A stretch of 64,000 nt of DNA, taken from contig CM075990.1 in the NCBI GenBank assembly GCA_038087875.1, positions 12,154,001-12,218,000 of the forward strand, given 5' to 3'. Below, piece by piece: positions 28,137 through 41,140 of the stretch. Both the position numbers and the translations under genes were made by a program. The notes beneath the pieces are model-generated. The model saw nothing but the letters and a program-made list of their open reading frames with translations, had not been told where the DNA came from and searched no databases. This stretch comes from Malacoraja senta. Taxonomy: Eukaryota. Position 1 is the first letter of the stretch. Each line of letters opens with the position of its first letter.

Positions 28137-28734
28137 ATCATAGGTTGAAGTGCAGAGATGAGGGCGCACATGAATTTATCCTGACACTTCAGGGTGGGAA
28201 TGCTGCATTTTTGAAGCTGATCTGTCTTGCAAGAAGTATCATGGCATCATTTTGAAAAAGAGAAAGAGTTTTGCCTGGTATCATAAAGTGATTGGAGCAG
28301 AATTAGGCCTTTTGGCCCATCAAGTCTACCACGCCATTCAATCATGGCTAATCTGTCTTTCCCTCTTAATCCATGGTGTTCTGGCTAATATTTTGATTTA
28401 CCACTGTTATTAAACCACAAATCATGTTATCGTTAATGAGATGTTGGTGTTGGGAACTTGCAAATTGGATGTTGCTTGTCCTACATTGGTGGGAATAAGT
28501 TGGAAAGGGTGCAGAAGAGATTCACCAGGATATTACCTGGGTTTATGGGCTTCTGTTATAGGCAGAGGTTGGATAGGCCGTGATTTATTTATTTGATATG
28601 TATAAAACTGAGGGGTGACCTCTTTGAAGAGTACAATATCTTGAAGGGCATGGTTCCAGTCTTTGACTAAGGGCAGAGGATTTTAAAACCAGATGGTGTA
28701 GGCTTAAGGTGAGAGCCCACCAATGCTGGTAGAC

Positions 28735-29195
28735 ATAGAAACTTAGAAAATAGGTGACGCAGCAGGCCATTCGGCCCTTCGAGCCAGCACCGCCATTCAA
28801 TATGATCATGGCTGATCATCCAAAATCAGTACCCCGTTCCTGCATTCTCCCCATATCCCTTGATTCTGTTAGCCCTCAGAGCTATATCTAACTCTCTCTT
28901 AGAGAATTGGATATGGCTCTTAGGGCTAACGGAATCAAGGGATATGTGGAGAAAGCATCCACTGAATTGGCCTCCACTGCCTTCTGTGGCAGAGAATTCT
29001 GTGGCAGATTCACAACTCTCTGGGTGAAAACGTTTTTCCTCGTCTCAGTCCTAAATGGCCTACCCCTTATTCTTAAACTGTGACCCCTGTTTCTGGACTC
29101 CCCCAACATGGGGAACATTTTTCCTGCATCTAGCCTGTCCAATCCCTTAAGAATTGTATATGTTTCTATACGATCCCCTCTCGTCCTTCTAAAAG
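28735..29195 (-). mobile_element. CR1 LINE 3' fragment with an internal fold-back inversion
   Basis: RGDRIETYTILKGLDRLDAGKMFPMLGESRNRGHSLRIRG. The 3' UTR matches 33960-34078. Similar CR1 3' ends lie at ~9750-9975, ~13385-13645, ~32056-32280 and ~63845-63980. Confidence 0.85.
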
Positions 29196-29644
29196 AGGGG
29201 TGAGGCAGATTAAGACCAGGCATGCACCGGACCCCAGTGGCATAGAATAATTTGAAGGGTTGCAGGCTGGCAGAGTCTACAGAGAAGGGGACACGGTGGG
29301 GGAAAGAGGGGGAAGGAGGCTGCTGCCACGTGCGGCGGCAGTCAGTCAGTGGGATTGTTCAGTGAATCTTTGTGACTTTGGCTGCGCCTAAACGTGGCGA
29401 GTGGAGGTGTGCTACGTGCTTTAACCGGGTTGTATGTAAAACAAAGCATTTCACTGTACCTCGGTACATGTGACAATAAAGTACCATTGAATCATTGAAT
29501 GAAGGGCTTGAAAACAGCAATGAGAGGGACTTGATAACTTTACCGTTGACTTGATAGATCTGAATCGTAGCCTCATTTCATAAGTAAGGCAAGTTTTTTG
29601 AGCAGAGCGTGGGCTTGCTTTACACAGGGCCAGTTTGGGGCAAG

Positions 29645-30545
29645 TGGTTTTTATTTTTTTATTTTTTAAATATTTTTATTTTATTAGAAGCAAGTACAGT
29701 AATGTGGCACCAAGGTGCCTAATATATATTGGCATGTTGCATTTTATGTACAGCTTCTTATTTTTTTTTAATAATGAAAGAGAGAAAGAGAGAATAGATA
29801 ATACAAAAATAGAAAAACGTGTGATGTATGGTGTGTGAAAAGGAAAAAGGGGGGAAAGAGGGAAAGTGGAGGAAACAAAAGGAGAGAGACAGAGAAAGAG
29901 TAGAGAGTAGGAAATTATAGGAGATCGTTATTTATATTCTTGACCATCCATCACCCAGTCCTGAAACAGCTGGTTTCTACGATTTTGTTGCACCATATGC
30001 TTCCAAACAGTCGATAAATGGAGATCAACTCGTTAAGAATTGGTCTGATTTATCTATTGGGAGGAATCGCATTTCTTCAAGATGTGCGGTGTCCAACATG
30101 TTTGAAATCCACATTTTAAGCGTTGGTATGGGTGTATTTTTCCAAAATTTAAGTATACGTTTTTTTGCAGTTATTATCCCATAATTAAAAAATGAATTTT
30201 GAAATGTGTTCAATTTGTTCCCGTCTTCCGTTACTCCAAATATAATCATTTCAGTGTTAGGTTCCATTTTTTGAATAATTTTGTAAATATTTCAAAGATA
30301 TCGCTCCAGAATTTATAAAGTTTTATGCAGGAAACAAAAGAGTGTGTTATAGTGGCATTTTGGGCTAAACATTTATCACAGATGGGGGAAGTATTTGGAT
30401 AGAATTTATTCAGTCTAGATTTTGAATAATATAATCTATGTAAAATTTTAAATTGAATTAAGTTATGTCTTACATTAATCGAACATTTGTGTATATACAT
30501 CAAATACTTTTCCCATGTTTCTTTCGTGATTTTTATCATTCATTC
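29645..30545 (-). mobile_element. L1-clade LINE 3' fragment (ORF2 cysteine-rich C-terminus, 3' UTR, A-rich tail)
   Basis: IQFKILHRLYYSKSRLNK..ICDKC..TITHSFVSC..LYKFW. T-rich run on the + strand at ~29647-29685. Confidence 0.8.
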
Positions 30546-32312
30546 TTGGTTTTGATGCCAAGCAAGGCAGGAGTAGCAAACCTCTGACTGGGTGAGAACC
30601 TACTGGCTTTGGACGGGGTGAGCTTTTGGAGAATTAGCCCTGTGCCCAGTAATGGGAGGAAGTTGGGTGCTGATGGACCTGTGAGATCGTGAGACATTGT
30701 GGGCCCAAAGGCCTGTTTCTGTGCTGTATTCTATGTTCCAGAACGGCATCTTCCCCTCTGATATCAGACGTCTGACCAGTCCTTCTGTAAGCTCAGACAC
30801 TGTCTGATTCACTTCTACCCCATTGCGAACACTGGACTTTGTCTTTGGAACTGATGCGCTACAATGCTGAGAACTATATTATACGCTATCTATCTTCCAC
30901 TTTGCTCTATTACTGAACTTGAGTTTGACAAGAAGGAGTTTTAAGGGGTAATTTTTTACACAGAGTGGTTGATATTTTGAAAGGCTGCGGGAGGAGGTCG
31001 TGAAAACAGATACAATCACTTTAGTTTTAATTTAAACTAATTGAGTTTTAACTTTAGTTGTAGTGTAAAAATAATTACCCCATAAAACTCCTTCTCAAGT
31101 ACAGTGATAGAGCAAAGTTTTATTTTTTAATTTTAGAGAGACAGCACGGAAACAGGCCCTTCGGCCCACCGAGTGAGCACTGACCAGTGATCCCCGCACG
31201 TTAACACTAACCTACACACCAGGGACAATTTACATTTATACGTTTATAACATTTATACCGAGCCAGTTAACCTACAAACCTGGACGTCTTTGGAGTGCGG
31301 GAGGATACCGAAGATCTTGGAGAAAACCCTCGTGGTCACGGGGTGAATGTACAAACTCCGTACAGACAGCACCTGTAGTCGGAATCGAACCAGGGTCTCT
31401 GGCGCTGAAGGTGCTGTAAGGCAGCAACTCTACCGCGGCGCCACCATGCCGCACTCCACTTTAATGAAGAGGCATTTAGATCAAATCTCCAATAAGCGAG
31501 GTATTGGAGGATACGGACCTAATGCAGGCAGATGGGATCAGTGTAGATGGGCAAAGCAGTCGCCACGCACGTGATGGGCCACAAGGCCAATTCTTTGACT
31601 CTAATCCTTGCGGAGCAGCTTGATTTATTATTGCTCAGCATGGAGTACTGGATATCTTGCGAGTTCAGAAGCCCAGAGCCCGTGGCTTGCACTGGTGCTG
31701 CGGGGCCTGTGGAGCTCTGGGTTTGCTTGCTGCAGCAACCCTGCGGGGTAGAGAGGTCCTTGAAGGGCGACTGAGCCTGGAGTGGAGGATCCTGAGGCCA
31801 TGTCTCCGACTGCCCCCATCTCCACATCATCGCCTGAAGGTCAATTGCCTTCAGTAGCGCTGATTAGCTGACATTCATTTGAATAACTAAAAAAATTAAG
31901 TTCTTAAAAAACTTCAATTTTGCTTAAAATATATTTGTGACAGAAAGTAAAGACATTAATATGAATGATAATAAAACATTCCTTTGCAGATAGACACCAA
32001 ATGCTGGAGTAACTCAGCGGGACAGGCAGCATCTCTGGAGAGAAGGAATGGGTGACATAGATACATAGACATTAGGTGCAGGAGTAGGCCATTTGGCCCT
32101 TCGAGCCAGCGCCGCCATTCAATGTGATCATGGCTGATCATCCACATCAGTACCCCGTTCCTGCCTTTCCCTCATACCCCTTGATTCCGCAAGCCCTAAG
32201 AGCTCTATCTAACTCTCTTTTCAATGCACCCAGTGAATCGGCCTCCACTGCCTTCGGAGGCAGAGAATTCCGCAAATTCACGGATCGAGACCCTTCTTCA
32301 GAAACGTCACCC

Positions 32313-34078
32313 ACGCAGACCAATGGCAGACCAATTGAATAACTACTTTGGTTCTGTCTTCACTAAGGAAGACATAAATAATCTGCCGGAAATAGCAGGG
32401 GACCGGGGGTCAAATGAGATGGAGGAACTGAGTGAAATCCCGGTTAGCGGGGAAGTGGTGTTAGGTAAATTGAATGGATTAAAGGCCGATAAATCCCCAG
32501 GGCCAGACAGGCTGCATCCCAGAGTACTTAAGGAAGTAGCCCCAGAAATAGTGGATGCATTAGTGATAATTTTTCAGAACTCTTTAGATTCTGGAGTAGT
32601 TCCTGAGGATTGGAGGGTAGCTAATGTAACCCCACGTTTTAAAAAGGGAGGGAGAGAGAAAATGGGGAATTACAGACCAGTTAGTCTAACATCGGTAGTG
32701 GGGAAAATGCTAGAGTTAGTTATTAAAGATGGGATAGCAGCACATTTGGAAAGTGGTGAAATCATTGGACAAAGTCAGCATGGATTTACGAAAGGTAAAT
32801 CATGTCTGACGAATCTTATAGAATTTATCGAGGATGTAACGAGTAGAGTGGATAAAGGAGAACCAGTGGATGTGTTATATCTGGACTTTCAGAAGGCTTT
32901 CGACAAGGTCCCACATAAGAGATTAGTATGCAAACTTAAAGCACACGGTATTGGGGGTTCAGTATTGATGTGGATAGAGAACTGGCTGGCAGACAGGAAG
33001 CAAAGAGTAGGAGTAAACGGGTCCTTTTCAGAATGGCAGGCAGTGACTAGTGGGGTACCGCAAGGCTCAGTGCTGGGACCCCAGCTATTTACAATATATA
33101 TTAATGATCTGGATGAGGGAATTGAATGCAACATCTCCAAGTTTGCGGATGACACGAAGCTGGGGGGCAGTGTTAGCTGTGAGGAGGATGCTAGGAGACT
33201 GCAAGGTGACTTGGATAGGCTGGGTGAGTGGGCAAATGCATGGCACATGCAGTATAATGTGGATAAATGTGAGGTTATCCACTTTGGAGGCAAAAACTGG
33301 AAAGTAGACTATTATCTGAATGGTGGCTGATTAGGAAAAGGGGAGATGCAACGAGACCTGGGTGTCATGGTACACCAGTCATTGAAAGTAGGCTTGCAGG
33401 TGCAGCAGGCAGTGAAGAAAGCGAATGGTATGTTAGCTTTCATAGCAAAAGGATTTGAGTATAGGAGCAGGGAGGTTCTACTGCAGTTGTACAGGGTCTT
33501 GGTGAGACCACACCTGGAGTATTGCGTACAGTTTTGGTCACCAAATCTGAGGAAAGACATTCTTGCCATAGAGGGAGTGCAGAGAAGGTTCACCAGACTG
33601 ATTCCTGGGATGGCAGGACTTTCATATGAAGAAAGACTGGATAGACTTGGCTTGTACTCGCTAGAATTTAGAAGATTGAGGGGGGATCTTATAGAAACTT
33701 AAAAGATTCTTAAGGGATTGAACAGGCTAGATGCAGGAAGATTGTTCCCGATGCTGGAGAAGTCCAGAACAAGGGGTCACAGTTTAAGGATAAGGGGGAA
33801 GTCTTTTAGGACCGAGATGAGAAAATCAGTTTTCACACAGAGAGTGGTGAATCTGTGGAATTCTCTGCCACAGAAGGTAGTTGAGGCCAGTTCATTGGCT
33901 ATATTTAAGAGGGAGTTAGATGTGGCCCTTGTGGCTAAAGGGGTCAGGGGGTATGGAGAGAAGGCAGGGATGGGATACTGAGTTGGATGATCAGCCATGA
34001 TCATATTGAATGGCGGTGCAGGCTCGAAGGGCCAAATGGCCTACTCCTGTACCTATTTTCTATGTTTCTATGTTTCTA
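32313..34078 (+). mobile_element. CR1 LINE, 5'-truncated, RT-containing ORF2 with in-frame stops
   Basis: KSPGPDRLHPRVLKE, NYRPVSLTS, YLDFQKAFDKVPH, GVPQGSVLGP, FADDTK. Stops at 33328-33330 and 33700-33702. (ttctatgt)n tail. Confidence 0.93.
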
Positions 34079-35961
34079 TTCCTTCTCTCCAGAGATGCTC
34101 TGTCCCGCTGAGTTACTCCAGCATTTTGTGTCCACCTTTGATTTAAATCAGCATCTGCAGTTCTTTCCTACACACACTGTACCTTTGCAATTAGATCAGT
34201 GATTTCATTGGAATAGGGATCCATGTCCACAGTTGAGCAGATAGATACATAGACATGAGGAACAGGATAAGGCCATTCAGCCCTTCGTGTCTGCACTTCA
34301 CCAGGTCATGGCTAATCTGATTCTATCCTTAACTCCATTTGCCTATCCACTAACAATAAGCTATCCCACCCTGCTTTAATTTGGACTTCAGTCTTGGGAG
34401 ATACAGCATGGAAACAGGCCCTTCGGCCCACCGAGTCCGCACTGACCAGCTATCACTCCCGTACACTCGCACTATCCTTCACACTTGGGCTAATTAACAA
34501 TTTTTGCAGAAGCTAATTCACCTACAAGCCTCAATGCTGCTTTACTTGTCACATGTGTAACTGCACGGTGAAATTCCGTTTGCATATTTACACATGCAGG
34601 CGCTGCCAAGTTCTGGCGCCGTTTCCAAAGTTCCGTCCGCCCGCATGCTCGGTCAATAGGAGCGGTTCCCGATCCTGGATAACCCCAGGCTCCTGCAGGG
34701 TCTCCCTCCATCACCTTCCACCGGCTCGGCCCATGAACCGACGTCCCTCTCCTCGCCCGGCCATCTGTGTGAGTCGGGGGGGGGGGGGCACCTCCTGCAG
34801 CCCAACTGTGAAGGCGCTGGAGGCAGTTCCATGGTTCATCCTCCTCCCGGCACTTGCGTCTGGCCTTATGTCTGTTTGTCTTCAGCTGTGGGAGGTAAAC
34901 CAGAGCATCCGGAGAAAACCCACGCGGCCCACAGGGGGAACGTGCAAACTCCACACACAGATTGTACCAATGGCAAAAACACTCAACACACATCAATGTA
35001 AGTCTATAGTCATACTGGTTTGCAACATTTGTTGGCATAAGAATTCTGCATTGCCTGTCAAAACTTTGAAGCCCCAGGGCTCATTACAGTTTAAAAGTAC
35101 CTTTGAAACATGGTTGCTATTGAGAAGCTGGAAGGTTCGCAGACAAGTAGAGAGACAAGTTCGCAGAGAAGTATTTCCGCAGAGCACCCATAGTGAGGAT
35201 CGAACCCGGGTCTCTGGTGTTGTAAGGCAGCAACTCTACCGCTGCGCTACTGTGCTGACCTATCAAGGATCTATTTACCTCTGTCTTAAAAATATTCAAA
35301 GACAATTCTCCGCCAACTCTTTGAGAAAGGGAGGTCTAAAGATCCACCATAGTCTCATCTAATTTTTCTTAAAAGGGCGACTGGACATGGTGCTGAGAGA
35401 AACATATGTCTTCTGTTCACTGTGTGCCTGCCCCTCACCATTTTATGCACCCTCAATAAATCTTTCCTCGGACACCTTTGTTCCAAAGAACTCCCAATGC
35501 ACTGTTGGAGTGTGAGCTGGGACCTGATCCCTGGAGTCTTGTTGGTGTGAGTTTGGTCTCCCAGTGTGAATCACTACGTGGGATCTCCGCAAGATCTCCA
35601 CACGGTCTTGTTGCCTTTCAGGGGACATTGCTCTGTGGAAATTGTCTGCACATTTTCCAGCTTTTCAACAGCAACCATGTTTCAAATGAATTCTTGAGTG
35701 TGAAGAGCCCTGAGGCTTCAACCCTTTGACAGGCGGTGCTTAACTACTAATTATTTTGCCTACAAATGTTGCAACCAATATTCCTACAGGCTTAAGATGG
35801 ACACAACGAGCTGGAGTAGCTCAGCAGGTCAGGCAGCATCTCTGGAGAAATAGGATAGGTGACGCTTCGGGTCAGGACCCTTCTTCAGACCCATCTTTTG
35901 GTACCGACCCAAAACGTTAGCTATCCTTTATCTCCAGAGATTCTGCCTGCCTGCTGAGTTA

Positions 35962-36427
35962 AGGGCCTGTCCCACGGGCATGCGACTCCAAGCGGCAAGC
36001 GCGATCTAACCGGAAGTGGGGGGCGCACGGGGGCCGCGCGGAGGTCGAGTGATCCCCGTACAGGGCCTGTCCCACGAGCATGCGGCTGCATGCGGTGAGC
36101 GCCACCAAACCGGAAGCGGGGGCCATGCGGAGGTCGAGTGACGTCAAGACGGTGCGTCCGGCGTCGAGGCGGTGCGTACGGCGTCGATGCGGCGCGCACG
36201 GCCTCGATGCGGCTGCGGGGCGGCAGGCCGTTGCCGCGTGGAATTTTTGAGCAGTGTCAGTTTTTCGGAGCCCCGCGCGATGTCGGGACCAGCTCCGCAC
36301 AACTCCATACGGCTCCAGCGATCGAAGTGGGACCGGCCCCGCGACCTCCGCGCGGCCCCCGCACGGCCCCCGCTTCCGGTTTGGTCGCGCCTGCCGCATG
36401 CAGTCGCATGCCCGTGGGACAGGCCCT
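35962..36427. mobile_element. Harbinger-type MITE (GC-rich gcatgc/gcgg family) with a duplicated left end
   Basis: TIR agggcctgtcccacgggcatgcgact at both ends, and a second internal TIR copy at 36062. Flanks TTA/TAA within the PLE repeat ctgagttactccagc. Confidence 0.85.
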
Positions 36428-37050
36428 TAACTCCAGCACTTTGTATCTATCTCTGCTATAAACCAGCATCTGCAGTTCTTTGTGACTATAGGCTTGTTCT
36501 GATGTGTGTTGAGTGTTTTTGCCATCGGTACAAGCTCTGTTAATTGATAAAAGCAATATTTCTCCTCACAAAGTAGATGGTTGATCAGGCTTCCATGGGA
36601 CTTTGTCTCTGTGTCTCTACATGAAGAGGTGTTGTTGGCATCGGTTGTTGTGGTAAGATTTGCAGGAGAGGGCATATCTCCAGGAGTGCTGGTATTTTCA
36701 GTGGAGGGAGGGGGTAAGGCTTCATGTGTCAGTGTTTACAAGGCAGTATTTAATGGTAAGCCATTGTGTGAACAGGATTTCACGATGTCAGTTATTGATT
36801 TTTACAAGCAATCCTCTGGGACTGGTGCAGTCAATTAAATTCACTGTCCTTCTTACTGATAGCTATGGGAAAGAGCAGATTAAAAACAATTTACAATGTA
36901 ATGCAAAACTCTACACATTCTCGATTTGTGTTATGAGGCTTTTGTAACATTTCAACAGAGATTGAAACCCACGCGGTCACTGGGTGAATATACAATCTCC
37001 GTACAGACAACACCTGTGGTCAGGATCGAACCCGGGTCTCTGGAGCTGTA

Positions 37051-37294
37051 AGGGCCTATCCCACTTGCCGATTTTTTCGGCGACTTCAGGCATCCTTGAC
37101 TAATGTATCCGGTAATCGAAAAAGTTGCGACGTGACGCGGCGTGATGACGTATGACGCGCGGTGATTCCTCAAGTATCGCAACATTTTTTCGCCCGCTGG
37201 ATTTTGAAATGTTCAAAATCTTTCGGTGACCCTGACACATCAGTCAATGACGCCGGCAGTCGACGAAAAAAATCGGCCAAGTGGGACAGGTCTT
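37051..37294. mobile_element. Harbinger-type MITE (tgacg family)
   Basis: agggcctatcccacttgccgattttttcg...cgaaaaaaatcggccaagtgggacaggtct with central palindrome gattttgaaatgttcaaaatc. The left flank is a V-SINE; no clean right TSD. Confidence 0.78.
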
Positions 37295-39814
37295 CTGTTC
37301 CAAGTTCCCCATGTTCTTCCTCTCGTCTGTTCTTTGCAAGGAGGCTCTCTGGGAGTGTCCATCCAAGCATCCTGAAGGAAACATCAGATAGACACAAAAT
37401 GCTGGAGTATCTCAGGGGGACAGGCAGCATCTCTGGGGAGAAGGAATGGGTGACGTTGCGGGTCGAGACCCTTCTTCAGACTGCGAGTCAGGGGAGAGGG
37501 AAACTAGCGATAGGGACGATGACACAGAACAACGAATGAAAGATAAAGAAACGTAAATGGACACTTCACATTTCGCAGGTAAAAGTAAAATGTAAGCTGT
37601 TTCAGCAGATAAGATGCTCGATGCCCCCTTGAAACCTTAGGGACTCAAAGCTTCGTTGGAGATTCTCAGCGAGTGCGTCTCTGTTTTTATACCTGGCAGT
37701 AGGCTTTTATGCTTCACAGAGAAAGCTGCTGAAACATGCTGAAGATTGTCCCCCTGAAGGTTAACCGGCCCTGACACAACTGTCAGATACTGTTTACTGC
37801 CTTTAAGAAAACAGAATGTCAGTTTTTCTCTGAACGAGAAATTCCCAGGCTGATTTAAATTAACTGCCATAAATTCTGGAAATGGGATGTTAAATATCAC
37901 ACGTTGCCTCTCTTTCCCCTGCTCCGCTCTATAATACTGTTGCTGATTTGTAAAACAATTACCGCAGTGACCTATGGCCACGAGAGACCATTTGCGTTCT
38001 TTCCCCACCCCCTCTGTGGTCTCTCTACATCGAAAGGTCAGTGGCCTTGGATTTATGGGTATCGCTGTCCAAGTCGAATTTTGATTCTGTAAGCTTGGTG
38101 AACGTGCTGCAAATTCCAGCTACTGCAGCAGAGCAGGCAACACATTTTTTTCTACTGTTTGATCTCAAGACAAGATAAGTGCTTTTAATAGCTGAGACCC
38201 TGGTGCGGTTCAGTAGCATTTATTGGCAGATTGTTGATTGTTTAGTTTAGAGATGCAATGCAGAAAGAGGCCCTTTGGCCCACTGAGTCCGCACCGACCA
38301 ACGATACCCGCACATTATCACCACCCTACACACACTAGGGACAATTTTACATTCATACCAAGCCAGTTATCCTACCAACCTGTACGTCTTTGGAGTGTGG
38401 GAGAAAACTGAAGATCTCGGAGAAAACCCACGCAGGTCACGGGGAGAACGTACAAACTCCGTACAGACAGCACCCGTGGTTAGGATCGAACCCGGGTCTC
38501 TGGTGGTGCAAGGCAGTAGCTCTACTGCTGTGCCACAGTGCCGCCCAATACAAAAAAATATTTGCTTCAATACAAGTATAGAGTCACACAGTATGAAAAC
38601 AGATCCTTCAGCCCAACAAGTCTGTGCTGGCCATCAAACATCCATTCATGCTAATCCCACTTTATTTTTCGCACATTCCCATTCACTCCTCCCAGAATCT
38701 ATCATTGACCTACATACTTGGGGAAATTCACGAGGCCATTTAACCACAATTTGTAAAAAAAACACCGTGAAATTATATCATAATATCATAATCATACGTC
38801 ATTGGCCAAGTATGTTCTGCAACATACGAGGAATTTGATTTGCCATATAGTCATACCATTAAAAACCAACAAAACACACAAAATACATTTTAATCTGAAC
38901 ATCCACCACAGTGACTCCTCCATGCGGTCACAGCGAGAACGTGCAAGCTCAATACAGGAGCCACCTGGATCAGATTTGAACCTGGGTCACTGCAGCTGAG
39001 AGGCTCATCTCATCAGAGTTGTTGATGCTGTGTTGTGCCTGAAGCTCTCTCCTGTAGTCCAACTGATTCCTGAAGGCAATTGAATGATTTAATACGGAGC
39101 TCCTTTGGTTTGATATTAGAAAACATACAGAAAAATTGCTGCTGATTTTTTGTTTAGAGATACAGCATGGAAACAGGCCCTTCGTCCCACTGAGTCCACA
39201 CCGACCAGTAATCACCAGTACACTAGTCCTTATCCTACACACATTCAGGAACGATTTACAGAAGCCACTTAACCTACAATCCTGTACGTCTTTGGAAAGT
39301 GGGGGGAAACCAGAGCACCTGGAGGAAACCCACGTGGTCACAGGGAGAATGCACAAACACCGTATGGACAGCACCCGTAATCAGGATCAAATCCAGGTCT
39401 CTGGCGTTGTAAGGCTGCAACTCTACCCATTCCTGAAACGTCACCTATCCTTTTTCTCCAGAGATGCTGTATGACCCGCTGAGTTACTCCAGTGCTTTGT
39501 GTCTATCTTTGGTAGAAACCAGCACCTGCAGTTCTCTGTTTCTGCATAATTGGCCTTTAATACTGATTAAGAAGTGAACATTGGCGAAGGACACCAGGGA
39601 CTCCTGTTTGGTGGGATCTTTGGCACCTATTTGATAGCGCAGACAGGGCTACAGTTTACCTCGTCAAACAGTGCATCAGTCCACTGTTCGAAGCAACATT
39701 TTTTAACCAAATGTGTCGGAAGGAACTGCAGATGCTGGTTTAAATTGAAGGTAGACACAAAATGCTGGAATAACTCAGTGGGACAGGCAGCATCGCTGGA
39801 GAGAAGGAATGGGT

Positions 39815-39842
39815 GACGTTTCGGGTCGAGACCCTTCTTCAG
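39815..39842 (-). ncRNA. Minimal hammerhead-ribozyme-like motif in a PLE end
   Basis: The reverse complement reads CTGAAGAAGGGTCTCGACCCGAAACGTC. Confidence 0.55.
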
Positions 39843-40564
39843 ACTGAACCAAAAAACAGCTGACTAGGAAGTTCGACCTCACACACAGACTCTGAAGAAG
39901 GGTCTCCAGAGATGCTGCCTGAGTTATTCCTGCTGATGTGATGGGACTTGAGAGACGGGAGTCTTAAGTGTTCACTGTGTGACTCAAACAACTTTGTCAC
40001 TAACGCTTTGCCGGAGTGAAGAAGATCTTTCCCAGAAACACCAGCATATTTTTATTTTAAAGCCCACTCGGACTTCTCCTGCCCCATGTACTTGCGTCTT
40101 GTTTTGAATTGTTAAATCAGAATTTGAAAGCAAAAACACCTCACTGCCTTTCAAAGTAGAAGGATACTAGGAGGCCAGTGGAAGAAGTGTCACGACCCCT
40201 GCCATTTCAAAACAATTTGCTGTCTGTACAGGTCCCATCATCTTTTGGTTCGACAATTAAACTGTGATTGTTTTGTTCAGCATTTTCCGCATGAACGGAC
40301 GACATTTACGCAATATTTTGCCTTTTCCTTTTGTTAAAAGTCAGGATGAGGGGAGAAATGAATCTGTGATACCATAAAAATAAGGAACGCCTCTGGTGGT
40401 CGGGTCTAAATTGGTTTTGGACACTTTATGCACAGTGTGGTGGAACATTTGAATGAATGTTAATTACTAGGATCAGTCCTGTTGGTAGCGCATGGAATCC
40501 CAGTACACAGGGAAGCAGAGTGGATTTTATCCAGCACTACCTCCGACAGCTATTGCATTTCAAC

Positions 40565-41140
40565 GGAAGGACACAAAAAGCTGGAGTAATTCAGTGGGAC
40601 AGGCAGCATCTCTGGAGAGAAGGAATGGGACACCCTTCTTCGGACTAGTTCGGGATAAGGGAAACGAGAGATATAGACGATAATATAGAGAGGTAAAGAA
40701 CAATGAATGAAAGATATGCAATAAGTGACGATGATAAAGGAAACAGGCCATTGTTAGCCGTTTGTTGGGTGAAAATGAGAAGCTGGTGTGACTTGGGTGG
40801 GGGAGGGATAGAAAGAGAGGGAATGCCGGGGTTACTTGAAGTGAGAGAAATCAATGTTAATACCACTGGGCTGTAAGCTGCCCAAGCGAAATATGAGATG
40901 CTGTTCCTCCAATTTGCGATTAGCCTCACACTGACAATGGAGGAGACCTAGGACAGAAAGGTCAGTGTGGGAATTGGAAGGAGAATTAAAGCGTTCAGCA
41001 ACCGGGAGATCAGGTTGGTTCAGGCAGACTGAGCGAAGGTGTTCAGCGTAACGATCGCCCAGTCTACGTTTGGTCTCGCCCAATGTATGAGTCCACATCT
41101 TGAACAACAGATGCAGTAGATGAGGTTGGAGGAGGTGCCT
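40565..41140 (-). mobile_element. Penelope-like element 3' fragment: GIY-YIG endonuclease C-terminus plus terminal repeat
   Basis: GETKRRLGDRYAEHLRSV..PVAERFNSPSNSHTDLSVLGL..RKLEEQHLIFRLGSLQPSGINIDF, running directly into the short repeat (agatgctgcctgtccc..tactccagc) found throughout the window. Confidence 0.85.

Noticed and set aside
32224..33330. 368-aa RT ORF as a functional or domesticated gene
   Set aside because: It is a 5'-truncated CR1 with premature stops, and its start lies in an unrelated adjacent repeat.
34553..35362. 269-aa ORF
   Set aside because: It spans a patchwork of SINE pieces and inserts, with no recognisable domain or splice support.
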